DNA of 64,000 nucleotides from Pseudovirgaria hyperparasitica. Taxonomy: Eukaryota. Position numbers and translations under genes: made by a program. Each line of letters begins with the position of its first letter. Position 1 is the stretch's first letter. The notes below the pieces were generated by a model, which saw nothing but the letters and a program-made list of their open reading frames with translations, did not search any database and was not told where the DNA came from. The DNA is taken from assembly GCA_010093815.1 (NCBI GenBank), contig ML996573.1, one strand, 5' to 3'. This document shows positions 1-13,013 of the stretch, piece after piece.

Positions 1-1676
1 CTAGGTAGACGCGACTATACCTATAACCGCCTACGTCCCCTAGTGTATCTATAGATAAGCTAATAAATTCTAATAGTTTATTTATACTAAGACCTGCTAT
101 ATCGCGTATTTTTATACCCTTAATATTTAATAGCGTCGTGCTATTCTACATGGCCGTTATTAGTACTAGGGTAACCCGAGTATAATCGCGGATAAGGACT
201 ATAGGTATACATATATAACACGGCGGCACGGCTACCTTAGGAGATATAGATACTAGTAGTCCGACGGTCGAATAACTAGGTTAGCTAGATATATTAGGCG
301 GGTTTATAGGGTATATATAATATCACGACGGCTCGTCTAGCCTGGGGTATCGTTTTAACGTATATGATAGTATTTAGCCAACCGCCGCCAGTTACGCGTA
401 AATACTAAGAATATAGTATTAAGTTAACACATGGCATCTACCCGTGAAATAGTATAACTACTATTAATGAATATATATTTATCCGCGACCGTCTATAGGT
501 AACGCTCTCGTTTTATATGGTGGTCCTTTACTTCCTTACTACGTAGGTTTAGTAATAGGCTAGTAAATTCCTCCTAAATCAACTCTTCTATGTATACCCG
601 AAGTTTCTACCTATCAGACGCTCTGAATATATGAAGTAGGTCGAGACTCGCTTCTACTCGGCTATTTATTCGCGGCTGGCCGGACGTAGCCATAGGTAGA
701 CGGAATAGGGAATAGTATATATTACTAGGGTAATAGAGAGACGAGATATATATACTATATAATAGGCGTAGGTATAACACGTACGTTACGGCTACATTAA
801 CGCGAGTAGTCCGCATGGTTTTTGGTAATAACTCGTTAATTTAATGGAGGCGGGGAAATATACGGCCGGTATCCGATCCCGTACTAATATAGGGCACGTG
901 AAATAACGACGTTAAATATATAATACTCTATATATAACGTTAAGTTTACCGGGCGATAGCCCTACTCCGGTAATACTATCTATATATAATAAAAGAGTAG
1001 CGTAGTATATAGACACGATAGGATAGTAGACCGTCTTTATAACTACGTGGATCTACCGCTAAAGAGAAATACTATAAGATCTAGTATATACTATTATAAA
1101 TATACTATTATCTATTATATTCAGGTATGCTAACTCGGCGTACGCGAAATATAGATAACCGCTAACCCGTTATAGTTCGCTATCGTTCGAAGCCTAACGA
1201 GTAGAACCAAGGAATAAATAGTAGAAATAGTTAGATATAAGAGTTTTTAGCGATTAGGGGATAGTCTAGGTAGCTTAAGGGAAGGATAGAGGACCTCCGC
1301 GAAGCATATACTCATACGATATTAATATACGAATATTTAAGAGAAGTACGTAATACTAACTATCATCTCTATAATAGGTCGTTATCGATTAGTACTATCG
1401 TTAAGAAGAGATAGACGAGCGTGACGACGAATAATCGTAGTAGCGAACCCTTATATTAAACACGAATAATACGACGCATTAGTACGGTATATTTATCTAT
1501 TACGAGAACGTATATCTAGTTACCGTAGTTTCTAACAGTCTATATAAGAACGCATACATTGATAATACAGCGATATAAGTCTAACTACACTTATAAGGCT
1601 AGGGAAAGAATAAAGAAAGAGGAGGAGAAATATTAGGAGGGGGAGATACTTAAGGAAGACGTTTCCCTGGTAAGAG

Positions 1677-1806
1677 CGTTATATACCCGGTATATACTTA
1701 TTCACACTTATTTACATAGACTCGTTATATACCCGGCACTTATTCATTAACAGACTCGTCACGTACCTAATACTTACTTAACCATAGACTCGTTATATAC
1801 CCGACA
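1677..1806 (+). repeat. ~34-bp imperfect tandem repeat (about 4 units), possible subterminal repeat of the Plavaka element
   Basis: Core (AGACT)CGTTATATACCCG recurs at ~1677, ~1718, ~1752 (degenerate) and ~1786. Confidence 0.7.
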
Positions 1807-2252
1807 TCTAACGAGGCATAAACGCGAATAACGAAAACATTAGGATCGGGTACGAGCTAGGTCTAGTAGGCCTAGAGACATAGTTCGGATTTTAGGGTAT
1901 TAATGTATATAATCTATCTATATTAGGTTAATGCTATCTACGTCTGGTTCTACCCGTAAATAAGGATCCTTTAAGTTCTATATGCCCCTTTTAGAGGCGT
2001 GGAGTTTTTATACTAGCTAGTAATTATTAGGTAATAAGGAGGTGCATCCCTAGATACTCCTTAGCTGAAATTATAGATAGTTATTAAATATAAGCCTTTT
2101 ATAGAACCGATCGTAATAAACCACGATCATTCCTTAGAGATATCCTAGTATAGGATACGACTATCGAGTGCTACTATGTATAAACTATAACTTCTGCTAT
2201 ATGCCGGCATATGCCGGTATACTACGGTAGGCGGCGGTAGATAGCGATAGAC

Positions 2253-5200
2253 TTACGACACGCGCCCGTGTTTTAACGCTATGGTCACGTTTCGTCTATT
2301 CATAGCCTAGAAGTCTAGGTTATATACCTCGTTATAGATCCCCTAATCACTATACGTGTTTAACTAGAATAAACTATCCGTAATTAACTAACGCGATATA
2401 ACCTATATAGGGCGTAGGATATGCTCTAGCTCGTAGACACGGAACCTATCCATCGTACGAGTCTTATTACTAGACCTTTAACCCGCTATATATAATGGTA
2501 TAAGGCTACTAATGGTGTCGACATTGCCTCTACCCGAGTTATTAAGTAGTTTAACTAATATACCTAGGAATCGCGCCGCTATACTACTAGTTACGTTAAT
2601 ACTCTCCGTATCGTATACCTCTAGAAATATATAGACTTTACTAACCCGCTTCCCGTTAAGGTGGTTACTACCCTTATTAAACTTCTATACCATTATATAA
2701 TCCTCCCTGGCCTTACTACTCTTTTACTAGTTACGGGTATATCTTATCTAAATCGGGTCGAAGGCCTCTATAGATATGTCTCTATCTAGTTGTATCGGTA
2801 TATATATGGTCTCGTATATATAGATAGGAAGGACCCGTGCCTACGAAGGGTCCTTTTTAATATGTTCGATATTCGTACCTTTTAATATATTATCCCCGAT
2901 AAGCCGATTACGATAGTTGCGTATAAAGGGTATAACCGCATCGAGTAATATAAAACTACCACTATACACGTTGTAGAGGTCGCTAACGATAGTCTAGTGG
3001 AACGTAGATAGTCTATGGCTCTATAAGACGTAGAGTATATGTTTACTCCGGCGTGGCTCCTTTAGAATACGCCGCTAGCCGACTAGCTTACGTGTATTAT
3101 CGAGCTACTCTAGGCCAGGGGCTACTAATATACTAGTACTAGCCGCCACCTCTATACTACTAGAGATTTTAGTATTTATCGTACGTGTATCTACTACTAG
3201 CATCTACTATAGAAACGTCTCCCTCTTATTTAAACCTTAATATAATTCCTTTACTACGATATAAGATTACTCTAGTAGCTCTACTAACATTAGATATAAC
3301 GAACTATGGTATTTAATAGTATCAACCAGGTGCGATAATACATGGAACTTCGGAAAGTTAAAATAATTATCCTCCGATTTATCTCCACGATATAGTATAA
3401 ACTAGTATTTCAGGTCGTCTAAGTATAATATAGCCTCTTCTAAGTATACTAGTGTCTGTGTATTATGCGTATGGTACGCTGCTAACATGTATATATTAAT
3501 AACCGCCCGTACTACGCTTAGGAAGTGTCGATTATGATATAGGAGCGGTTTAAACGCGACTATGAACACTACTAGCATACGCTTAAATATCGCCCCCGTC
3601 TATTATGTTACTAAAGTTATATACGTGAGTGGGTTATAACGACCGAATGCCCTAATAGACGCGAATCGCTTATCAATCGCCTTCTTTACTCGTTCTATAG
3701 GGGGTATACTAGTAAACACACCCTTTAACTTATGTCCCGTACGCTCTTAATTAATAATATATAAGACTATTCAATTAAACGTGTGTTCTAATATACCCTT
3801 ATATAGTTAATATAGAATATCCGGAGCGACCGCGCGGTGTATATTGACTCTAGTAAGTGACCAGGCGAAATTATCCAATGGCTCTATCTACCTACTAGAA
3901 TACCGACTCTTAACCGATTAGCGAATATAATGGCCCTATACTACTAGCGCGAAAGATGTCGACGAAAACGATGAGATACTAGGTACACTCGTCCTATTAT
4001 CTATCTTACTACTAGTGTACTCGCCACCGTGGCTATTAGTTATTAACACGCGATGTATACGGTAAACCTATTCCTATAACGACGAGTGTATACGGAACTC
4101 CTATATACTAGTAATGGCTTCTCGTAGATACTATCGTCTGTTACTAGGGACTATATATATTAGATATATATACTAATGGGATACACCCGTAATAAGCACC
4201 TGCTCCGGAAAATCTATAATATATAAAGCTAAACGCGGATAGCACTTACGCGAGCTACTATCGGTATATAATACTAATACTCTAGTACTCTATATAGCCT
4301 ATAACGCTATATAATAATTAGTATAGTTAACGACTCTATCATGGGCGGATATACGGGCTAGAACTTTACTTATAACCTAATGGAACATAAAGCGATTCGC
4401 TACCATTTCTAGCTTAACTACTAGTAATAGAGTAAGTAGTAGAAATAATAGTAGACTTCTAGATAAGCGGACGTTTAGTAGTAGATTATAAATAGATAGA
4501 TAGACTGGCCATGCTACTCTATTACTACCATAGTTAGTAAGGTTTATCTTATCTAAAGATAAAATAATAGGGACGATGACGGCACTATCCGGAATAGTAG
4601 CGTGTATATCCTACTAACCATCTACTATATAGGCTTTACTATATACCCGGTCGCCTAAACTAGTAAATTATCGTACCGGCTTAAACATAAGCTTACTAGC
4701 GAACGGTTAGTATCTAAGGAGGAATTCTACTAACGTAAGCGGATCCCTATACTAGTATTTAACTATAGTAGTGCCGAATATATTATAGCTACGCTACTAA
4801 CTTTCGTGCGGTATCCCTTTAGGGTAGTATAATAACTACTTACGTACGATATTAGATTTTAGTATAAAAAGGTTAGAGGGTATAGCGGAAGTCTATTTAA
4901 GGATAGTAGTTAATTCATCGTATACTATATTCGAAATACCGAACCGATTCGTCTATATTATAAGGCGCTCTATAAACTTACTATCGAATTAACCGAATCG
5001 GGCCTACTAAATTAGTTACTACTATAAACCTAGACTATATATACTCACGTCGGATGGATTATCACGTCTACTCTAGTCTACTATAATATATATACCGCTC
5101 TCCTCTTCGAACGTTTTCATTAAATATATAGTACTAGACGCCCTCGTCGCTATGGACATAGTATTTCTACTATATATATTAGACTAATATACTAAATTAG

Positions 5201-5579
5201 TACCATGGCCACTAGTAACGCCGTCTATAGATTCTAGGTCTAAAATAGGATTAGGGAAAATAGTAGTATCTTTATATAGGGTAATATTAGTAGTAGAAGT
5301 ACCTAATTCTATAGACTCGGACTCCTAATTAACGCTCGACGGCTAAATACTAATAGAGCGAACTAAAGAGTTCTATCGACTAATATAACTATGAGTACTA
5401 AAGCCGCGCCGTGACCCGGTCGATGGTGGTAGCCACGGGCCTAATAGTTATAATAATAATGGCGATGCGGTAAGCCGTGCTCGTCTATACGGTTCCGAGT
5501 TATAGTGCCTACGGATTATATGGTATATACTACTAATCTTTCTACCATAGTATTAGTAGGAGACTACGGCCCGTGGTAT
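2253..5579 (-). mobile_element. Plavaka-type transposase pseudogene (RIP-inactivated), with a probable N-terminal zinc finger
   Basis: One minus-strand frame gives Y*YRDPLTLVEFLL..PF, DRVYSKAYIVDG**DI, VIVPIILSLDKINLT..AWPVYLSIYNL, KCYPRLALYIIDFPEQVLITGV, NIHRAVAPDILY*LYKG, NFPKFHVLSHLVDTI and LNTYSD*GIYNEVY. These match Plavaka motifs as I recall them (YRDP, SDKT, WPVY, DYPEQ, PDLLHQ, PKxH) after reversing RIP transitions. The start (ATA, from ATG, at 5579) is in frame with the core; the end is approximate. Confidence 0.85.
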
Positions 5580-5850
5580 CTCGAGGTATAGTTACTATAA
5601 AGGAAAAATACTATAGTATAATTATTAGTGGATGGTAATGATATAGTATACGGCGGATATTCTAGGCGTATACTAGAAGAAGTTAGGTGTAAGCCCGTCG
5701 AAAGCCCGATATATACCTACTAACCCCCGACTTCTACCTGGCTCTTAGCCCCTTAATTCCTACACACGCTTGCTTAAAATTATTAATAATAACGCGTAAG
5801 CATCACGCGTCTATAAAAACACTATATTAGTCTACGCCTAAACCTTTATT

Positions 5851-7990
5851 ATGTCTACTAGCTAGTTATTATCCCGCTATCTAATATTATCGCCTAGTAG
5901 GTCACCGACCTATTACCAATGAAAATATCTACTAATCTCTTATATATCTTCTCTATAGGACCTCTAACACGGAAGACGGTTAAGGGACTATCTAGCTACT
6001 GTGGCGGTAATACTAATAGAAGATAATCTAGTAACTATAGTAAACTAAACGGGATAGATAAACGAAGATACGATATAACGTAGACACGTATTAGCATTAA
6101 TAATAGAGACTTACACGACAGCCATTAACATAAAAAACGTGTATATATATATCTAGCTTATCTCGACGCGTTCGTTTATCTACTAATAACCTAGTAGTCT
6201 AGGTATACCGGTAGCGAATATAGTAGTAACGCCCTATATAGCTTAGACGTCACGGTAACATTCTACCGTAATAGTGACCGGGGATATAACGGCCTTACGT
6301 CCTCTCCTCTACCGTATTAGCTATCTAGCTCGATAGAAGAAGATAGAGAAATAGTAGTAGAGAGGGAACTAACTATCCGTGAAAAGAGGCGGTCCTATAG
6401 AGATAGTCTCTAGCCTTACGAACGAGACCGGTACCTTATAATAATAGAGATTTCGATCGCTATGACGTTTTTAGACCGGTTACCACCGGTATTCGATCGC
6501 CTTAATATATGGCTAGATAGTAGCCTAGATAGTTTTAGGATACTAGTATAATCGGCCTAGATAGCCGCCGGAGATATTAATCTTAGTGGCTACTACCTTA
6601 ATTATAATTTATAAAACATACCTCCCGCCTATATTATTACGCTAGTAAAGGAAGATATAATGGACTTCTATTACTAACTCCTCTCTAGAGTTAGGTAGAT
6701 AGTATCCGAATACTAGGACTAGGAGATAGCCGAGAAGAGAAAAGCTAGTATAAGTAACCTAATATATAATAACGCGTATATAGAAGTAAAGGTATGTTAC
6801 TTACGTCGTGTTAGATATATTACTAATTATTAGTATAATACTAGCGTAACTTAGAAAATATTCGTAGGGCTAGTAGTAATTAAGGCTCTAAAGTTAGTTC
6901 TACTATAGTCCCTGAGATTCCTTAGATCGAAGGAGTACTATAGTAGTATGTTCTAACCGATCCCACCATCCACGATTACCATTATATATATTATAATAAG
7001 GCATGCCCTTAACGAATATAGTAGCGGGCAGGCGCCGAACTCGTCCTTCGGTCGCTATAGATTCGCACGCTCTCCACTAATACTAGGTATATATATATAC
7101 CTTTATCTAATCGCGTGCTAAATTATATAGAGGAATAGCGAGCGCTAAGCCTAATATGGTCGAACCAGGCGCCCTACCGCATCGACTATATTCAAAAATC
7201 GCTAATAGTATTAGTATTTATAGTACTAACACTAATTAACCCGGACACTATATATATGAACCCATATAAAGATAACCTAGATGACTTCTCTAAAGTAGAT
7301 ATAGATGACTTAGACGAGAGCGAGGAGTCTAAGCTATCGGGTAATATAAGTATATACTAAAGTTATAGAGACTATATAGATACTAACTACTACGAAAAGG
7401 ATAAGTCGGATACTCTAAACTAGTTGGATGAGTGCCTCGAATCATCTCATACGCTATTAGATATAGGTGAGAGTTCTACACCACTAGTAGTGGCTACGGA
7501 TAAGATTATACTATCTCGGGTATTAAGTATAGACCCGCTCTAAGTAACCGCGGGAACGGTAAATAATAGTATATATACGTGTAGTATGAATGAGTCTATT
7601 ACTAACTTATTATCCCTAGTTATAGCTACCTTAACTAGTAGTCTATCTACCCCGACTAATGCTTAAATTAAAATAAAGTTAGATGGTGGCGGACGTTTAA
7701 GTCGGGTCTTTAACCTATATATAAAGAGTGTACACTTTCAAGAGAAGTCGGATATTAGTATATAGCTAGGGAACTATATAGACTACCACGAGGCCGAATA
7801 GATAATATAAGAGAGAATAAAAATAGTAACTAGAAATATAGAGGGAAGTATCTAGTGGGAGAAAAGGTCATTAAAGGTAGTTCTAGATAAGGACACCTTT
7901 TAATAGATAAAGGACACCGCCTAAAGGTAGAAGAAAGGAAGGTCTACTACATTTCATTATAGCTATATAGTCGGAGAGAGCTTAGAATAG
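5851..7990 (+). pseudogene. RIP-degraded intron-containing gene divergent from the Plavaka transposase (DUF6532-like domain suspected)
   Basis: TATAAAA at 5812 and ATG at 5851. Intron-like segments at ~5897-5957, 6792-6833 (GTATGT..TACTAAT..TAG) and 7087-7130. The spliced frame reads ISNLIYNNAYIEVK/..IFVGLVVIKALKLVLL..F*PIPPSTITIIYIIIRHALNEYSSGQ, followed by an acidic linker. Confidence 0.6.
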
Positions 7991-8212
7991 TACCATTTAA
8001 TTTAAGTTCCTAGTCTAATTAATTTTTAACCTCTACTCTCTATTATATACTATCTTTCTAGTATTAAATTTAAAGACTATAATTAAATATACTAAAGATA
8101 TAATTTAGAATAATAAGATATATAGAGTTATAGAGATACTTTAGATAAAGATATTACTTTAGAAAAGAGACTTCTATTAAAATAGATAGAGTATATAGAG
8201 TAGATAGAGTAG

Positions 8213-8512
8213 NNNNNNNNNNNNNNNNNNNNNNNNNNNNNNNNNNNNNNNNNNNNNNNNNNNNNNNNNNNNNNNNNNNNNNNNNNNNNNNNNNNNNNNN
8301 NNNNNNNNNNNNNNNNNNNNNNNNNNNNNNNNNNNNNNNNNNNNNNNNNNNNNNNNNNNNNNNNNNNNNNNNNNNNNNNNNNNNNNNNNNNNNNNNNNNN
8401 NNNNNNNNNNNNNNNNNNNNNNNNNNNNNNNNNNNNNNNNNNNNNNNNNNNNNNNNNNNNNNNNNNNNNNNNNNNNNNNNNNNNNNNNNNNNNNNNNNNN
8501 NNNNNNNNNNNN
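8213..8512. other. Assembly gap (300 N)
   Basis: Run of N. Confidence 1.
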
Positions 8513-10984
8513 ATAGATAGTAAGTAGGTCCGCCCGATGGATATAATGGGATGAAAGAATACTTAGGGAGTACTTAGGAGTACTTGGGAGCGCTGTATCT
8601 TTCCTGATGTATATTCCCTCTTCTAGAACCCGTAGACCTATTAGATATTAACGGCACGGAATACCCGGAAGCCGTGAGTATCCCTAGGGAAATTATAGAC
8701 GATAATATACTTAGCGCTATTAAGATACTCCCGAACGATAAAGCGCCTAGGCTAGACGGAATTCCGAATTAATACCTTAAGAGGACCATATAGACGACCT
8801 TACTAATTATAGGCCATATATTCCGAGCGTGCGCCCGTATAGGATACTACCTATAGAGCTTCCGAACTATATATATAGTTATACTCCTAAAACTAGGGAA
8901 GAGTCTAAACACGCCGAAGGGATGGAGGCCGATTACCCTTCTTTTCTACCTTAGTAAGGTACTAGAAGCTACGATTACTAAGAAGATAAGTATAGTAGTA
9001 TAGGTATACGGCCTTCTCCTAGTAAACCAGAAGGCGAAGGTAGAAAGCTCCCTAATTATAGCTATTTAACACATCCTCAAGGTTATCTAGACTATATAGA
9101 AATAAGAACAAGTCATCACGCTACTCTCCCTAGATATAGTAGGGGCATTTAATAAGGTAAACCATATAAGACTTATCTATAACCTCCGGATAAGGCGAAT
9201 ACCTAAGTAGATTATACGATTTATATAGTCCTTCCTCGCGTAAAGGACTACTTAAATATATATCCCCGGATACCGAAGTAAATATAAGGAGATAGTATAC
9301 GGTATCCCGTAAGGGAGTACTATCTCCCCGATCCTCTTCCTCTTCTTTATAGTAGATCTTCTTTAGAGAATAGAATATATAGAGGTAGTCGGATACGCGG
9401 ATAATATATACCTCCTCACGGTCGATAGTAGTACTAGTAGAACATGTACACGACTCGAACGAGACCATAAGAAATATATCTAGTAGATAAAGCGCCACGG
9501 AGTAAAATTCGCACCTAAAAAATACTAGCTTATATACTTTATTAACTACTATAGAGGATAGGCTACTAGGGAGGGGGCACGTCGCCCCTAAATCGACGCC
9601 TTTATAGAACTACTAGCATAGAGTATACACGTACTCGGCGTTATAATCGATAATAAGCTAAAATAGAGACCATAGATAGCATACGCCGTCTCTAGAGCCC
9701 TCTAGGTAGAAACCGCTATATACCGGATTACGGTATCCACGTAGGGAATAGCCCGGGATAAGGCGAGATAGCTATACGTCTCCCTAGTACGCCTAGCCTT
9801 TATATATAGATATAAGTGCTAGTATACGGCCCTTATATAAGCTCGGCGGGTAAAGCTTAAGTCCATATAAAACCGTATACTCCGCCTTATCTCCGGTGTA
9901 TATAAAGCTACTAACACGACGCTTCTCTAACGCGAGATAAATATAATAAGTATATAGAACTTCTACTAGATATAGAGACTTATATACTTTACTAAATAAT
10001 AAGTATAAGAACGTAGAGAAGATAGGGTATATACCTTTACCGTACTACGTACACGTATCCACGTGTATTACTAGGCCCTCTCTACTATAGGATAAACTCG
10101 AGTATAATATAAATACTATATAGAGGCGGACTCGAGCTAGACTATATAGAAGGTTTAAAATAACCCGGATACTATCCTAAGCTAATAGAGCCCTAAGGAG
10201 CTTAGCCACGTTATACGGTTATAGATCTAGGATAAATAGAGGGAGGTACTTAAAGCCTAGTAGGCCTCCTAATAGAATAGATATCTAGAATAGATCTAAG
10301 GGCCTTAGAAGGAACTAAGTAAATAGATGTATAAAGGGCTAACGAAGGCCTAAGTATCTATACTCCTCTAAGCCCGAATAGGCGCTATAGATCTTCTATA
10401 TTACCTCTACTAGAGAGGCTTTCTAGATATATCTCCCTAGTGCGAGGACTACGGCTAGAGAGGTATAATATACTACTACCTCGCGACGTACTCTAGCCTC
10501 TATACCCTAAGATAAGCCCTTATCCGTATAACGAGGACCTCTAATATCACGCGATAGCTTAATAAGTACCCTAAGGATATCGCCTAATAGATGCTCGTAT
10601 ACCTTCCTCTCCCCTAGTTCTAGTAGACCTATATATATATACTAGAAGAAGCTAGATATATACTAGAAGAACCCCGGTATACGTCGGAAGAACCCCGGGA
10701 GAACCGCGATTATTAGTTAAGGGTAGCCCTTAACTAATAATCTCCGCACCTACACGTGCTACCTAAGGGTAAACTATTATAATATAGGCTATAGACCTAT
10801 AGATAGCCCCTAGGGCTATATATATATAAGAACGAGAGGATAGATAGAGCGTAGTCATGGATATAAGGGAGTTTTTCCTATTCGTAGGTTTCTTCTTATA
10901 TAGTAGCTTAGACTAGAGGAGGCATACGCCTATAGAGTGGTACTCTACCTAGTTTACTAATATTATTATTATTATTATTATTAT
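8513..10984 (+). mobile_element. Tad1-like LINE (non-LTR retrotransposon): RT/ORF2 remnant, 3' UTR and (TAT)8 tail; RIP-inactivated; 5' part lost in the gap
   Basis: Single frame: KAPRLDGIPN (~8740), GWRPITLLFYLSKVLE (~8920), LSLDIVGAFNKVNH (~9124), GIP*GSTISPILFLF (9301), GYADN (9391; YADD box), FAPKKY*LIYF, VLGVIIDNKL, GLTKA*VSILL*ARIG and a decayed CCHC knuckle (~10440-10490). TAT microsatellite at 10961-10984. Confidence 0.93.
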
Positions 10985-11899
10985 CCTTATCTAGTTATCT
11001 TTATTATAAGATTAAACGCGTGTTAATAGAGCTATAGGTATACGCTATTACTACTAGTATTACTAGAGTCTCTATTAAGGATCCTTCTATAGATATAATA
11101 AAGTAACTTATATCTAAACTCTATAAGAGAAAGTTAGTAAAGAAGATAGGTATATCTAGATAAGTCGATCTCGCTACCCTTACTAAGTAACTCTAGACTT
11201 AGAAGGTTTAAGTAGCGATTAATAAGCTTTAGTACTATTAAGAAGATAGAAGAGTAAAGAATAAGGAAAGGGCTAAGCGTTAACGTTTTAATAAGTAGAT
11301 AAGGTAGACTTAACTTTAATAGGCTAGATTTAATCCTATATTCGCATTACGTATACCTCTATACCTACTAGGTATTCTACCGCTCTATACGTTACCGTTA
11401 CCGACTCGTAAGGTTAAGAGTTAACGCCCTCGTCTATTAACGCCGCTAGAGACGATAAATCTAGTACTATATAGTAGCCCTACTTAACTAGAACTTTATT
11501 AGGCTAACGTGGTTTAGTTAGTACTTAAATAGTAATATATAAAGGAAACTTATATAAGGACGAAGGACGGGATTAGGTTACTCCGTAAGTATATAGTTAA
11601 TAACTATTATTAGTATAGGTAGGTTAAAGAGATTACTCGTCCTAGAACTACTTATTATAAGGTAGTAAAGGCGTATAGCGTTCTATTAAGCATAGTATTA
11701 GATACTTATTACTATCTTTATAAGTATAAGGGTAATCTTAAGGTAGTAGAGTAGAAGGAAGTAGCGAAGGCACTCTATGGACTCGCTTCTAGAGCTATAT
11801 AAGGTTTTTAAGTAGAGATACTACGAAGTTTATATTAAATATGTATATATATAAATAAGTATATCTCCTCTCTATAAATATAAGTAAGAATAACATAAC

Positions 11900-13013
11900 G
11901 TTAGTTAGTAAAGAGTACTACTATAAAAAGTTAATTAATATCCCTTACTTCTACCGTAAAACCATACCTTCTACCACGCTTAAACTACTTTAAATCCGTG
12001 ATAATACGCTCTCGTAGCGTTTTATTAATATACTATCCGTTAGCCGTATACTTAAAGAAGCGGAGAGCGAACTAATTATAGTAACTATCCTTAAAGGCGT
12101 AGTGTAAGAACTCCTCGAAGTTATATAACTACTTATATATAAATAGATACTACCTTTAAATCCACGCCTTTAGGACTATCTATACTAACTTAATAGGGTT
12201 ATAATTAGGTAAGTAAGGTAGTATATATTAAAGAGTATAACTAGCTATAGTAACTATAGAAGTAACGTTATCGTTAGTATAAAGAGAGAGATTATCTATA
12301 ATAATAACTATAGCCTGATTAGGGTACTTCTCTTATAGGCTAGGGAATAGATATACCTCTAGCTAGTTAATAAACTCTTACTTATTATAGTAACCTTTCT
12401 TAATACTATAGATAACGAAGCTATTAATAGAGATAGTATTATATATACTATATATAGGGCCTCGATTAATCCTTATAAATTACCTAGGAGTCTCTCTATA
12501 AGGAGCTCTATCTTATCTTCTCTATTCTATTTTCTTATTAAAGATAACCTTATTAATAAATATAAGGTAATTAGTAGATAGCTAAGTAATATCCTTATAA
12601 TAGAAACGACGTATAACCTTAGAGCGTTAGGAATAAATACGCTATAGTAGACTCCTAGTCTACTCTCTCTTCTTTAGTTACTTTAAGATAGTAGATAGTA
12701 AGGTTACTATCTCGAGCTCTTTATATATCTATTTTACTATCTTATTAAGGTATAGCTATCCCTCTTAGAGTAGGTACTTAAATAGTAATTCTATTACGTA
12801 ATTACTAAGAATAGTCTTATAACTACGCGTCTTCATAGATAGAGGCTTATTTTACTAGCTATATGTAGTAAGATTATACCTTATACGATTAACTATCGAG
12901 ATAGATACTTAAGACTTCTCTATAGTAATAGTAGAGGGCACGTTATACTTAAGGAGGAAGTTAATTTAGTAATAGATACTCACGTTATATACCTTACTAG
13001 GTAGGTCTACTAT
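11900..13013 (-). mobile_element. Tc1/mariner-superfamily (DD34E, DDE_3-type) transposase pseudogene, heavily RIP-mutated
   Basis: The minus frame gives LIFINKVIFNKK (FVDE-like), IVIIIDNLSLY (MDNxxxH) and YILPYLPNYNPIK (PPYSPDYNPIE). There are 34 residues between the second D and the E position. LKAWI follows downstream and the N-terminus is HTH-like. The end is approximate. Confidence 0.88.

Noticed and set aside
607..816. Short minus-strand ORF in the RIP region
   Set aside because: Y/I/L/S-rich composition typical of chance ORFs in RIPed DNA.
9130..9498. 122-aa minus-strand ORF
   Set aside because: It is the antisense of the LINE reverse transcriptase frame.
11858..11890. Possible left TIR of the Tc1 element resembling the reverse complement of 13160-13189
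   Set aside because: The match needs several transversions and an indel that RIP does not explain; too weak to call.
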